From assembly GCA_964574585.1 (NCBI GenBank), contig CAZNOD010000001.1, positions 1-47,722 of the forward strand: DNA of 47,722 nucleotides. Reading direction: 5' to 3'. The position numbers were made by a program, and so were the translations under genes. The DNA is from an uncultured Candidatus Saccharibacteria bacterium (GTDB lineage: Bacteria; Patescibacteriota; Saccharimonadia; Saccharimonadales; Saccharimonadaceae). Shown here piece after piece: positions 27,406 through 35,277 of this stretch; the stretch's first letter is position 1, and each line of letters opens with the position of its first letter. Below the pieces are notes generated by a model. That model did not search any database. It was given only the letters and a program-made list of their open reading frames with translations, and had not been told where the DNA came from.

Positions 27406-28084
27406 TCCTATAACAGTCAGCGCAACCCGACTCCGACTAGTGCTATTTATCGGTATGGCTCTAGCTGTGACTGCTATTGTTGCCTTAGTTATATTTGGAG
27501 TACGCTATCTCGATGGTTACGCCGCTGAAGTCAATGAGACTGTTTACCAGTCATCAACCAGTAACGAACGCCTAGCTTTGATTCGACTTCAAGCTGATGA
27601 ACTCGACAAAAATAGAGCAGTCGCCGAACGCGCCCGACAAATTGTCGCTGAAAGCAAAACCTATATGTACCAAGATGTCATTATCCGCGACTTACAAAGC
27701 TTTGCCGACAAAGCTGGTATTCGTATCGTCAACTTCAACTTCATTAACACCGACAGCAGCGATAATACCGCGCAGGCACCCGCCGATTCAGCTAATCCAG
27801 CTGGAGCCGATGCTGCACCCGATGGTGCTCCCCCTAGTCCCGATGGTCCAGCTCTAGCTGACCCGTCAGTTGGTCTTGGAGAGCCGGTTTCACAGCTCAA
27901 ATCAACCACAGTTAATATCACGCTCGATAACCCTGTAAATTACCGCAATTTGTTACAATTTATCCACTATATCGAGCAAAACCTAACCAAGATGCAGATT
28001 TCCTCAATATCGTTATCTGGAGCCACCGAAAGTAGCTCGCAAGTAACGACCGACTCACTAACCATCGAGGTGTACATCCGCTGA
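27398..28084 (+). CDS. pilO: PilO-like bitopic pilus alignment protein with a P/A/D-rich insert
   Basis: Single TM plus a coiled region after pilN (8-nt overlap). The call is mainly positional. Confidence 0.55.
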   Translation: MTNPITVSATRLRLVLFIGMALAVTAIVALVIFGVRYLDGYAAEVNETVYQSSTSNERLALIRLQADELDKNRAVAERARQIVAESKTYMYQDVIIRDLQSFADKAGIRIVNFNFINTDSSDNTAQAPADSANPAGADAAPDGAPPSPDGPALADPSVGLGEPVSQLKSTTVNITLDNPVNYRNLLQFIHYIEQNLTKMQISSISLSGATESSSQVTTDSLTIEVYIR

Positions 28085-28374
28085 TGAAAAATTCAATATC
28101 ACTCGATCAACTACTGGCTAGCTTTTATAAATTTATCCATCGCTATCATGTGGTTGTTTTCGTTATATTGGTGATCGGTGGTATGATTATCGTCATGTTT
28201 ATGCTCAACAACACTATCCAGTCATCGACCGACGCCGATTTGATAGACGTCGGTCAGCCTCAGGCCAAATTTGACCAAGAAACCATCAAACAGCTTGAGT
28301 CTCTCAAGATGGACTCGGATAACACTGACGACCTCCGTTTTCCATCTGGTCGTATAAATCCATTTGTGGAGTAA
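28084..28374 (+). CDS. Small single-pass membrane protein in the pilus operon (PilP-like position), C-terminal GRINPF motif
   Basis: TGATG overlap with the pilO-like gene. One TM (VVVFVILVIGGMIIVMFML). The protein ends in FPSGRINPFVE. Confidence 0.5.
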   Translation: MKNSISLDQLLASFYKFIHRYHVVVFVILVIGGMIIVMFMLNNTIQSSTDADLIDVGQPQAKFDQETIKQLESLKMDSDNTDDLRFPSGRINPFVE

Positions 28375-28388
28375 GGTATACTGTAGGT

Positions 28389-28970
28389 ATGTTGTTGCTT
28401 GGCTCTCGACTCATCAACACTCCGGTTATGGGACTGCAGACCGGTAGCGAGTTAGCTCGGACCAAGTCACCGGTGATCGACCCTGCTAATCTGACGATTT
28501 TAGCCTATGTCGTAGAAGGCCCTTTGCTTGGCAACTCTACCAACCTGCTGCGCATCGCTGACACTCGTGAATTAAGCGACGTCGGGTTCATCATCGATTC
28601 TAGCGATGAATTCGTCGAGCCCGATGATATTATCAAACTAGCCGAGATTTACCATTTGGGCTTTTCGTTGATGAATATGCCAGTCACCGACGAACGTCGC
28701 CGTCGACTCGGTAAGATCACCGACTACACCATCGATACCGACAGCTTCACGGTACAGCAACTGACCGTCAAACGCCCACTTTTCCGTCGTTTAAGCGACA
28801 CCGAGCTTTTGGTTCATCGTTCGCAGATTATAGAAATCAACAACCAATCAATAGTCATCAACTCAGAAGCCGAGATCCCAGAGCATACTCGCCTAACCGC
28901 GCCCGGATCTTACGTCAATCCGTTCCGCAAAGAAAAAACTATCGCCGACTCAGTTGTTCGACATGACTGA
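28389..28970 (+). CDS. Tandem PRC-barrel-like domain protein at the end of the pilus operon
   Basis: Two segments resemble PRC barrels (LGSRLINTPVMGLQTGSELARTKSPVIDP... and LMNMPVTDERRRRLGKITDYTIDTDS...). The C-terminus contains YVNPF. TATACT lies 6 nt upstream of the ATG. Confidence 0.65.
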   Translation: MLLLGSRLINTPVMGLQTGSELARTKSPVIDPANLTILAYVVEGPLLGNSTNLLRIADTRELSDVGFIIDSSDEFVEPDDIIKLAEIYHLGFSLMNMPVTDERRRRLGKITDYTIDTDSFTVQQLTVKRPLFRRLSDTELLVHRSQIIEINNQSIVINSEAEIPEHTRLTAPGSYVNPFRKEKTIADSVVRHD

Positions 28971-29597
28971 TTTGATGTCGTCGTAGCTAAAGCCTTGACG
29001 TGCCAAATACTGCATCAGCTTCTGGTCGTCGGGATAACGTCGACGCTTTTTGGCAATAATCTTGGCTAGCTCATCTTCATCACTCCGCCCAGATTGATCG
29101 ATGGCCAATTCGATTACTGTTGCTGGCACGCCTTTATTGGCCAGCTCACTACGTAGCTTGCGTAAGCTACTACCCTTGGTTTGATTACGATTTTCTACCC
29201 ACCAAATCGCGAACTTCTCGTCATCGACGTAACCTTTGTCTATCAGCCGACTCAACACCCGTTCGGTTAAATTCGGCGCATAACCTTCCCGCTCACGAAT
29301 CTCACCAGTACGTTTGGATTTATACTTGGTACTGAGGGTTTTGCGGTATAAATAATCTCGCATTTCACGGATGCTGCGCGGCCGATTCAGTGAGTACTCC
29401 AAGGCTCTAGCATATAGTTTGCCAAACTGGCTCTCCTCTTCGAGGCTGGCTAGTTCAGTTTCGTCTATCTCTTTTCCTACCTTGACGCCTAAATCGGTCA
29501 CCTGGGTGATATCGAGGCTAAATCGATACTTGCCGTCAATCGACACGTTAATACGATCGGGGTTGCGTATTTGGGCGCTCAGGCTGGTGATTTTCAT
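28950..29597 (-). CDS. recX: RecA regulator RecX
   Basis: Three-helix repeat architecture with ARALEYSLNRPRSIREMRDYL. It is the last gene of the recA operon, with an ATGA overlap with the upstream nudix. Confidence 0.85.
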   Translation of the reverse strand: MKITSLSAQIRNPDRINVSIDGKYRFSLDITQVTDLGVKVGKEIDETELASLEEESQFGKLYARALEYSLNRPRSIREMRDYLYRKTLSTKYKSKRTGEIREREGYAPNLTERVLSRLIDKGYVDDEKFAIWWVENRNQTKGSSLRKLRSELANKGVPATVIELAIDQSGRSDEDELAKIIAKKRRRYPDDQKLMQYLARQGFSYDDIKSVMSNN

Positions 29598-30085
29598 AAA
29601 CTAGCCAGAATCCGCTTAGTTATTGGGGTAACATCTAGTTCAGTAACTTGCTGTCTGGTAAAGTAGCCTACTTCACTGACTTCATGCTCATCAATAGTTA
29701 AGTCAGCCCCACTGTCTAGCCGTCCGGTATAGACATGAGCGTAATATTTATAAAGTCGACCATCGCCATCGGCTTGAAAATAAAAGCTATCGTGCTGTTG
29801 CAGATCGATGCCACCTATACCAAGCTCTTCACGCAGTTCTCGCTTAGCGGCTCGGTCGGCAGACTCACCCACATCGATATGCCCACCGGCTGAAACCTCC
29901 CAGTAGCCAGGGTAGTTTGGTACTGAAGCCGACCGTTTCTGTAACAAATAACGCCTGTCCCTACTAACCAGAACAATGTAAACGGTGTTTCTGATCAATT
30001 CGTCGCGAAAAGCCTCCATCATATCGGCTAACCCGACATAATTTCCAGATTGATCGACTATCTGCACTAAGGGGTCTGTCGCCAC
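29594..30085 (-). CDS. NUDIX hydrolase (paralog 1)
   Basis: Perfect Nudix box GHIDVGESADRAAKRELREELGI. GTG start 2 nt after the upstream stop. Confidence 0.85.
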   Translation of the reverse strand: MATDPLVQIVDQSGNYVGLADMMEAFRDELIRNTVYIVLVSRDRRYLLQKRSASVPNYPGYWEVSAGGHIDVGESADRAAKRELREELGIGGIDLQQHDSFYFQADGDGRLYKYYAHVYTGRLDSGADLTIDEHEVSEVGYFTRQQVTELDVTPITKRILASL

Positions 30086-30087
30086 AA

Positions 30088-30627
30088 CTAACCCTCGGCG
30101 CTAGCTAAAGGCTGCCGATCGCCAAATAGACGTTGCCTAATCTGACTCAAGCCATCAGTAATCTTATCTGGATTATTGTCAACAAACTCGACTAATTCAT
30201 CTTGTGATATCCACTTTACTTCAGTAACTTCTTGAGGTTGCAGCCTAAATTGTATGCTGTGCGGTATCGTAGCGGTATAGATTTTAGTAAACCGATCCAC
30301 CTTGTAGTTGCGGTCAACTGAACTCGACCGATAGTAGCTAACTTCGGCTAGCTGAGCGGTTATACCTACCTCTTCGAAAAGCTCACGCTCAGCTGCCTCG
30401 AGATAGTCCTCCCCTTCATCAACATGCCCAGCCGCCGAGCTATCCCAGCAACCCGGAAACAAGTCCTTGGTTGTAGTTCGCTTTTGGATGAGCACCAAGC
30501 CATCTTCATCAAATAATACGACTCTCGCTATCCGGTGCAATAAAGCCTGTTGGTAAATATCAGCCTTTTTGCCACCTCCAATCGGTCGATCGTTTTCGTC
30601 TACTAATTGTACTAACGGATCAGCCAT
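30088..30627 (-). CDS. NUDIX hydrolase (paralog 2, IDI-like subfamily appearance)
   Basis: Perfect Nudix box GHVDEGEDYLEAAERELFEEVGI. The N-terminus MADPLVQLVD parallels paralog 1 (MATDPLVQIVD). Confidence 0.85.
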   Translation of the reverse strand: MADPLVQLVDENDRPIGGGKKADIYQQALLHRIARVVLFDEDGLVLIQKRTTTKDLFPGCWDSSAAGHVDEGEDYLEAAERELFEEVGITAQLAEVSYYRSSSVDRNYKVDRFTKIYTATIPHSIQFRLQPQEVTEVKWISQDELVEFVDNNPDKITDGLSQIRQRLFGDRQPLASAEG

Positions 30628-30630
30628 GAC

Positions 30631-31668
30631 TTAACTGTCAGCTTCGGCTACTTTTTCACGAACTTTTTGTTCGATCTCGGCTAGTACTTCTGGATTTTCA
30701 GCTAAGTATTTCTTGGTAGCTTCGCGTCCTTGGCCAATCTTGGCGTCATTGTAGTCAAACCAGGCACCAGCCTTACCGACGATACCATGTAGTACCGCTA
30801 GATCGAGCACGTCACCAGTCTTGGATATGCCTTGGTTGTACATGATGTCGAATTCAGCGATCCGAAACGGTGGCGCAATCTTATTTTTGACGATCTTGAC
30901 CTTGGTGCGGTTACCGATGATGTTGTCGCCCTCTTTGATTTGGCCAATCCGGCGAATATCGGCTCGCACACTGGCATAAAACTTCAGAGCGTTGCCACCA
31001 GTAGTAGTTTCAGGATTGCCAAACATAACACCGATCTTCATACGAATCTGATTGATAAATATCACCGTGGCATTTGACTTGTTGATAATGCCGGTCAGCT
31101 TGCGTAGCGCCTGGCTCATCAAGCGTGCCTGCAGTCCCATGTGGCTATCACCCATCTCACCCTCGATTTCTGCTTGTGGAGTCAACGCTGCTACTGAGTC
31201 GACTACAATCAAGTCGACAGCATTCGATCGAACTAGGGTCTCAGCAATCTCAAGCGCCTGCTCACCGTTGTCAGGCTGAGATACCAGCAGATTATCGGTG
31301 TCGACGCCGAGTTTTTTGGCGTAGTTAGGGTCGAGAGCGTGCTCGGCATCGATAAAAGCCGCTGTACCACCTTGCTTTTGAATCTCAGCGATAGCGTGTA
31401 GAGTTAGCGTTGTCTTGCCCGAACTCTCAGGGCCATAAATCTCGATGATTCGACCCTTTGGATAGCCTCCGCCTAAGGCAATATCGAGCGACAGTGAGCC
31501 ACTTGGTATCAATTCAACATCGACTCGTTGACTCTCGCCGAGTCGCATAATTGACCCGTCACCAAACTGCTTGGTGATTTGGTCCATCGCTAGGCCTAGA
31601 GCCTTTAGTTTACCTTCATCAGCGGTAGGTTTTTCAGCCAGTTTCTTAGCGTCGCTTTTCTTCGCCAT
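30631..31668 (-). CDS. recA: Recombinase RecA
   Basis: [10 protein letters not shown] Walker A, full-length RecA similarity, SD AAGGAGGAAG upstream. Confidence 0.97.
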   Translation of the reverse strand: MAKKSDAKKLAEKPTADEGKLKALGLAMDQITKQFGDGSIMRLGESQRVDVELIPSGSLSLDIALGGGYPKGRIIEIYGPESSGKTTLTLHAIAEIQKQGGTAAFIDAEHALDPNYAKKLGVDTDNLLVSQPDNGEQALEIAETLVRSNAVDLIVVDSVAALTPQAEIEGEMGDSHMGLQARLMSQALRKLTGIINKSNATVIFINQIRMKIGVMFGNPETTTGGNALKFYASVRADIRRIGQIKEGDNIIGNRTKVKIVKNKIAPPFRIAEFDIMYNQGISKTGDVLDLAVLHGIVGKAGAWFDYNDAKIGQGREATKKYLAENPEVLAEIEQKVREKVAEADS

Positions 31669-31711
31669 TTCAATCTTCCTCCTTGGTTTCCACTAACTAG
31701 TATAGCACGAG
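31669..31711 (-). promoter_or_regulatory. recA promoter (CTCGTGCTATACT, -10 at 31699-31704) and short SD-containing leader
   Basis: Read directly. Extended -10 TGcTATACT, then about 24 nt of leader with AAGGAGGAAG. Confidence 0.5.
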
Positions 31712-31838
31712 CAGACGAGTCAGAAGAGCGTATGTCGGCTTTTCCGAGACGACGTAGCGACAACCGTCGGCCTAGCGCCAGTCTCAGGTTCATCGGCCAG
31801 GTTTTCTCGGCGGTACTTTCGTAGTACAATGATAAACA

Positions 31839-32231
31839 ATGAAACAATCTAGAGGCTTTACGACCATTGAAGTGATTACAGTGCTGCTGTTTGCTATCAT
31901 CGCAGCCAGCCTTTTCTATACCCAACAAGCCGCCCTGCAGGCTGCTAGTCGTGACAATACTCGCAAGACAGCCATCAACGCTATTTATTACAACCTTGAG
32001 GAAGTATTTTATCGGCAAGTCAACTACTACCCACAGACGATTGACAGTAGCGACCTGCCAGCTATGGACCCAGAGCTACTTACCGACCCCGACGGCTACA
32101 AGCTGGGTGATAAGTTCTCAAACTATCAATACACCGCCAAAGACTGTGATCTAGACGGAAAGTGTCAGGGTTATCGGCTGACAGCCGACATGGAACGCGA
32201 AGCCGAGTACGTCAAGACTAGTCGTCACTAG
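31839..32231 (+). CDS. Type IV pilin-like protein (prepilin N-terminal cleavage/methylation signal)
   Basis: MKQSRG/FTTIEVITVLLFAIIAASLF class III signal with Glu+5. TACAAT lies 8 nt upstream of the ATG. Confidence 0.8.
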   Translation: MKQSRGFTTIEVITVLLFAIIAASLFYTQQAALQAASRDNTRKTAINAIYYNLEEVFYRQVNYYPQTIDSSDLPAMDPELLTDPDGYKLGDKFSNYQYTAKDCDLDGKCQGYRLTADMEREAEYVKTSRH

Positions 32232-33055
32232 TTTTCATAGTCAGCCGGCAAACCAGTGACTGGCCGGCCGTTTTTGAAGGCTTCAATCGCATTGTTCAAG
32301 GCGGCAATCTGTTTTTTCGGGTTATCGACATAGCTGAAGCGATAAGTCGTTTCGTTACCCTCAGTACTGAGACGGATGGTCCCGTAATTTAGAGCTGTTT
32401 GCAAAACACCAGTTTGCTGGTAGCTAGCGTCTTCAACGCTACCTAGGCTAACGGTTTGCTCATGCTTGGAAAATATACTGTGCTGAATCTCCTGGATAAC
32501 ACTTTCGTTGGTCAAATAAAAAGTATTACGTAAATATACCCAAACCGACAGATAACCACTGATACCAACTATCAATATCAAGCAGAGGGCTGCCACTGAT
32601 AACGCCTCCATGCCAGTTGCTTCACCAGTCGCATCTTCAGCAATCATTGGATAGGTGATCATTCCCGCTAGCAATAAAGCAATAACAATAATTGATACCA
32701 CTACTGGTATCAACAATCCAATTGGGTGACGACGAATGCTGACAATCACATACTCACCTTCACTAAGGTTTAACCCCGGATAGCGTCGACGCGACTCCTG
32801 GCACTTGTCTTTTAGCTCATCGCTCATCGGTTCAACAACTGGCTCGTACTCCCTAGTATGGTGCCTAACATCAGGCTCATTGCCGTATTGTGAGCGCATC
32901 CGTGGATCAAAATTATGGCCTTCATGCGACTCTGGGACAGCAGTTACATGAGAGTAGGGTCGCTCGGGTGGTGGCGGTGGTGCGGCATACAGCGGTTTAC
33001 CGTCGGCGTCGTAGGCGACCGGCTTGGGTTGACTAGTCTGACTCCCCTGTGTCAT
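32228..33055 (-). CDS. Membrane protein with bacterial PH (bPH_2/DUF304-like) domain and Pro-rich N-terminus
   Basis: LSEGEYVIVSIRRHPIGLL followed by two TMs and a C-terminal beta-rich domain, as in YdbS/YdbT-like proteins. Confidence 0.65.
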   Translation of the reverse strand: MTQGSQTSQPKPVAYDADGKPLYAAPPPPPERPYSHVTAVPESHEGHNFDPRMRSQYGNEPDVRHHTREYEPVVEPMSDELKDKCQESRRRYPGLNLSEGEYVIVSIRRHPIGLLIPVVVSIIVIALLLAGMITYPMIAEDATGEATGMEALSVAALCLILIVGISGYLSVWVYLRNTFYLTNESVIQEIQHSIFSKHEQTVSLGSVEDASYQQTGVLQTALNYGTIRLSTEGNETTYRFSYVDNPKKQIAALNNAIEAFKNGRPVTGLPADYEN

Positions 33056-33105
33056 GCCTACATTATAGCATGTGGCGATAAGTTAGTTTTTCAAATAACT
33101 AAACA

Positions 33106-34104
33106 CTACCTACCTAGGTGTCGACGAGCCTTTTGCGTAACCAGACGGCCGCGTGGTGTTCGCTCAATGAAGCCAATCTGCAGTAAATATGGTTCGTAGA
33201 AGTCTTCAATAGTTGTTGCCTCATCGCCAGTTAAAGCGGCGATTGTATTTAAGCCAACCGGTCGATTGTCGTAAGTATCGATAATACTTATCAGCATTTG
33301 ACGATCCGCCGGGTCAAGACCCAACTCATCGACTTCAAGTAGCTCCAAAGCTTGCTCGGTTACAACAGTGTCAATAATCCCGTCACCGTTGACATCCGCG
33401 TAATCACGAACTCGTTTTAGCAAGCGGTTAGCAATTCGTGGTGTCAGGCGAGCTCGGGTCGATAATAGCCTGGCTGACTCTTCATGAATCTTCGATTCTA
33501 GTATCGATGCCGCTCGCAAGATGATCTGGGCAATTTCATCATAAGTATAAAACTCAAGTCGATAAAGATGACCGAAGCGATCGCGCAGCGGTGCTGCCAA
33601 ACTACCAGTCCGGGTGGTTGCACCGATGACGGTAAATTTTGGTAGATCGAGCCGAATTGATCGCGCTGCTGGACCCTTGCCGATAACTATATCGAGCTTG
33701 AAATCCTCCATCGCGCTATATAATACTTCTTCAACTGCTCGGCTCAGACGATGAATCTCATCGATAAATAAAATATCACCATCTTGTAAGTTGGTCAGGA
33801 TGCTTGCTAAATCCCCAGCTCGTTCGATAGCTGGGCCACTGGTCACTTTCAGTCCAGCACCCATCTCGTTGGCGATAACAGTGGCCATGGTTGTCTTACC
33901 TAAGCCTGGTGGGCCATACAGCAATATGTGATCAAGTGGCTCGCCACGCTTTTTGGCTGCTTCAATCGCGAGACGTAAATTTTTCTTTAATCGCTCTTGA
34001 CCAACATACTCATCGAAACGCTGCGGCCGGAGGGTGATCTCGATAATTTGCTCACTATCGTCATCGTCATGCGTGCTAGTATCTACAATTCGTTCAATTG
34101 CCAT
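33106..34104 (-). CDS. ruvB: Holliday junction helicase RuvB
   Basis: [20 protein letters not shown], full-length RuvB similarity. Confidence 0.95.
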   Translation of the reverse strand: MAIERIVDTSTHDDDDSEQIIEITLRPQRFDEYVGQERLKKNLRLAIEAAKKRGEPLDHILLYGPPGLGKTTMATVIANEMGAGLKVTSGPAIERAGDLASILTNLQDGDILFIDEIHRLSRAVEEVLYSAMEDFKLDIVIGKGPAARSIRLDLPKFTVIGATTRTGSLAAPLRDRFGHLYRLEFYTYDEIAQIILRAASILESKIHEESARLLSTRARLTPRIANRLLKRVRDYADVNGDGIIDTVVTEQALELLEVDELGLDPADRQMLISIIDTYDNRPVGLNTIAALTGDEATTIEDFYEPYLLQIGFIERTPRGRLVTQKARRHLGR

Positions 34105-34124
34105 ATCTTTAGTATACCAATCAA

Positions 34125-34637
34125 CTAGTCAGCTGTCGCCGTAGCTACTATTTCGCGCCAGTCATAGCTAGCCGCCGGAACTATATTTTCCAGACCAGAT
34201 AGTGGCACCCACTCAGCTTTGGCGGCATACTGTCTCTCGTGCTCATCAAAACCATCTGTGCTAATCTCTCCACTAACTGCTCGACATAGGTAGTAGATCA
34301 TTACCGAATGCCAGGTCTCTTGTGGCTCACGAAAGGTCACTTTGAAAAAATTATCCCGAACTTTCAGTTGCTCGACTATTTCAACATCAATGCCGGTTTC
34401 TTCCTTGACTTCACGCACCAAAGCGCTATCGAGCTGTTCATCTAGATCGACCTTACCTCCTGGTAAATCATAGCCCCCTGCCCTATGCTGTGGGCTAAGT
34501 AGTATTTTGTCACCGTCAATCACTATGCCGTAGACGTGAATTCGCCACGAAATATCAGCTAGTGTCACTGGATGATAATTACCATCGATATCAACCGCCT
34601 GTACGCTCGGTGAACCAGCTATTCGATCACCGGCCAT
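34125..34637 (-). CDS. NUDIX hydrolase (third copy, between ruvA and ruvB)
   Basis: Nudix box [23 protein letters not shown]. Confidence 0.85.
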   Translation of the reverse strand: MAGDRIAGSPSVQAVDIDGNYHPVTLADISWRIHVYGIVIDGDKILLSPQHRAGGYDLPGGKVDLDEQLDSALVREVKEETGIDVEIVEQLKVRDNFFKVTFREPQETWHSVMIYYLCRAVSGEISTDGFDEHERQYAAKAEWVPLSGLENIVPAASYDWREIVATATAD

Positions 34638-34683
34638 GACTTACCATTCAAATCTAGCTCGAGAATTGCTTGTAGCCGGCCCG

Positions 34684-35259
34684 TCACTGCTTCAGCGCCT
34701 CGGTGATGCGTTGACTGGTTGGCAACTTAGGGTCTATACCTTCGAGAGCTTTTGTAGCGTCGGCCAAACTGTAGCCCAGTGCCATCAGTGCCTCGAGAGC
34801 TTCGTCGTTGGTATTTAGTTCGACCTGAATCGGTTCATCAGACCGGCCATATTGGGTTGGCAAACCGACTTTATCGGCTAGATCAACCACGACACGCTCG
34901 GCAGTTTTCTTGCCAACACCACTGGCTTTTTGAACATAAGCCGCGTCGGAGTTAGCGATTGCGTTGCGAACCTGCTCAGATGCACCCAAGCTTAGTATCG
35001 CTAGGCCCGCCTTGGGCCCAACGCCCTGGACGGTAATCAATAGTTCAAAAAGTTTTTTGGCAGCCAACGACGAAAAGCCAAACAGCTCTTCGGCCTGTTC
35101 GCGAACGTGATGATAAGTATATAGCTTTATGTCGCTATCAAGCGTCGCTGCCTCATAATCACCGAGAGGCACGGCGACCTCATAGCCAACTCCCATGACG
35201 TCTACTATCAAGCTATTGTGGTGTTTCTCGGCAACCTGTCCTCTGAGATGGGCAATCAT
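34684..35259 (-). CDS. ruvA: Holliday junction DNA-binding protein RuvA
   Basis: MIAHLRGQV start, HhH block VQGVGPKAGLAIL, 191 aa. Confidence 0.92.
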   Translation of the reverse strand: MIAHLRGQVAEKHHNSLIVDVMGVGYEVAVPLGDYEAATLDSDIKLYTYHHVREQAEELFGFSSLAAKKLFELLITVQGVGPKAGLAILSLGASEQVRNAIANSDAAYVQKASGVGKKTAERVVVDLADKVGLPTQYGRSDEPIQVELNTNDEALEALMALGYSLADATKALEGIDPKLPTSQRITEALKQ

Positions 35260-35277
35260 TGTATAGCTATTGTATCA

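Noticed and set aside
31669-31838. LexA/SOS (Cheo-type GAAC-N4-GTTC or TCGAAC-N4-GTTCGA) box upstream of recA
   Set aside because: I found no such dyad. The only symmetric element is GTAC-N7-GTAC (31813-31827), whose inner bases are not complementary.
31605-32018. 137-aa minus-strand ORF covering the recA promoter and the pilin gene start
   Set aside because: It overlaps the recA start and the well-supported pilin-like gene on the opposite strand. It has no recognisable motifs. It is most likely a chance ORF.
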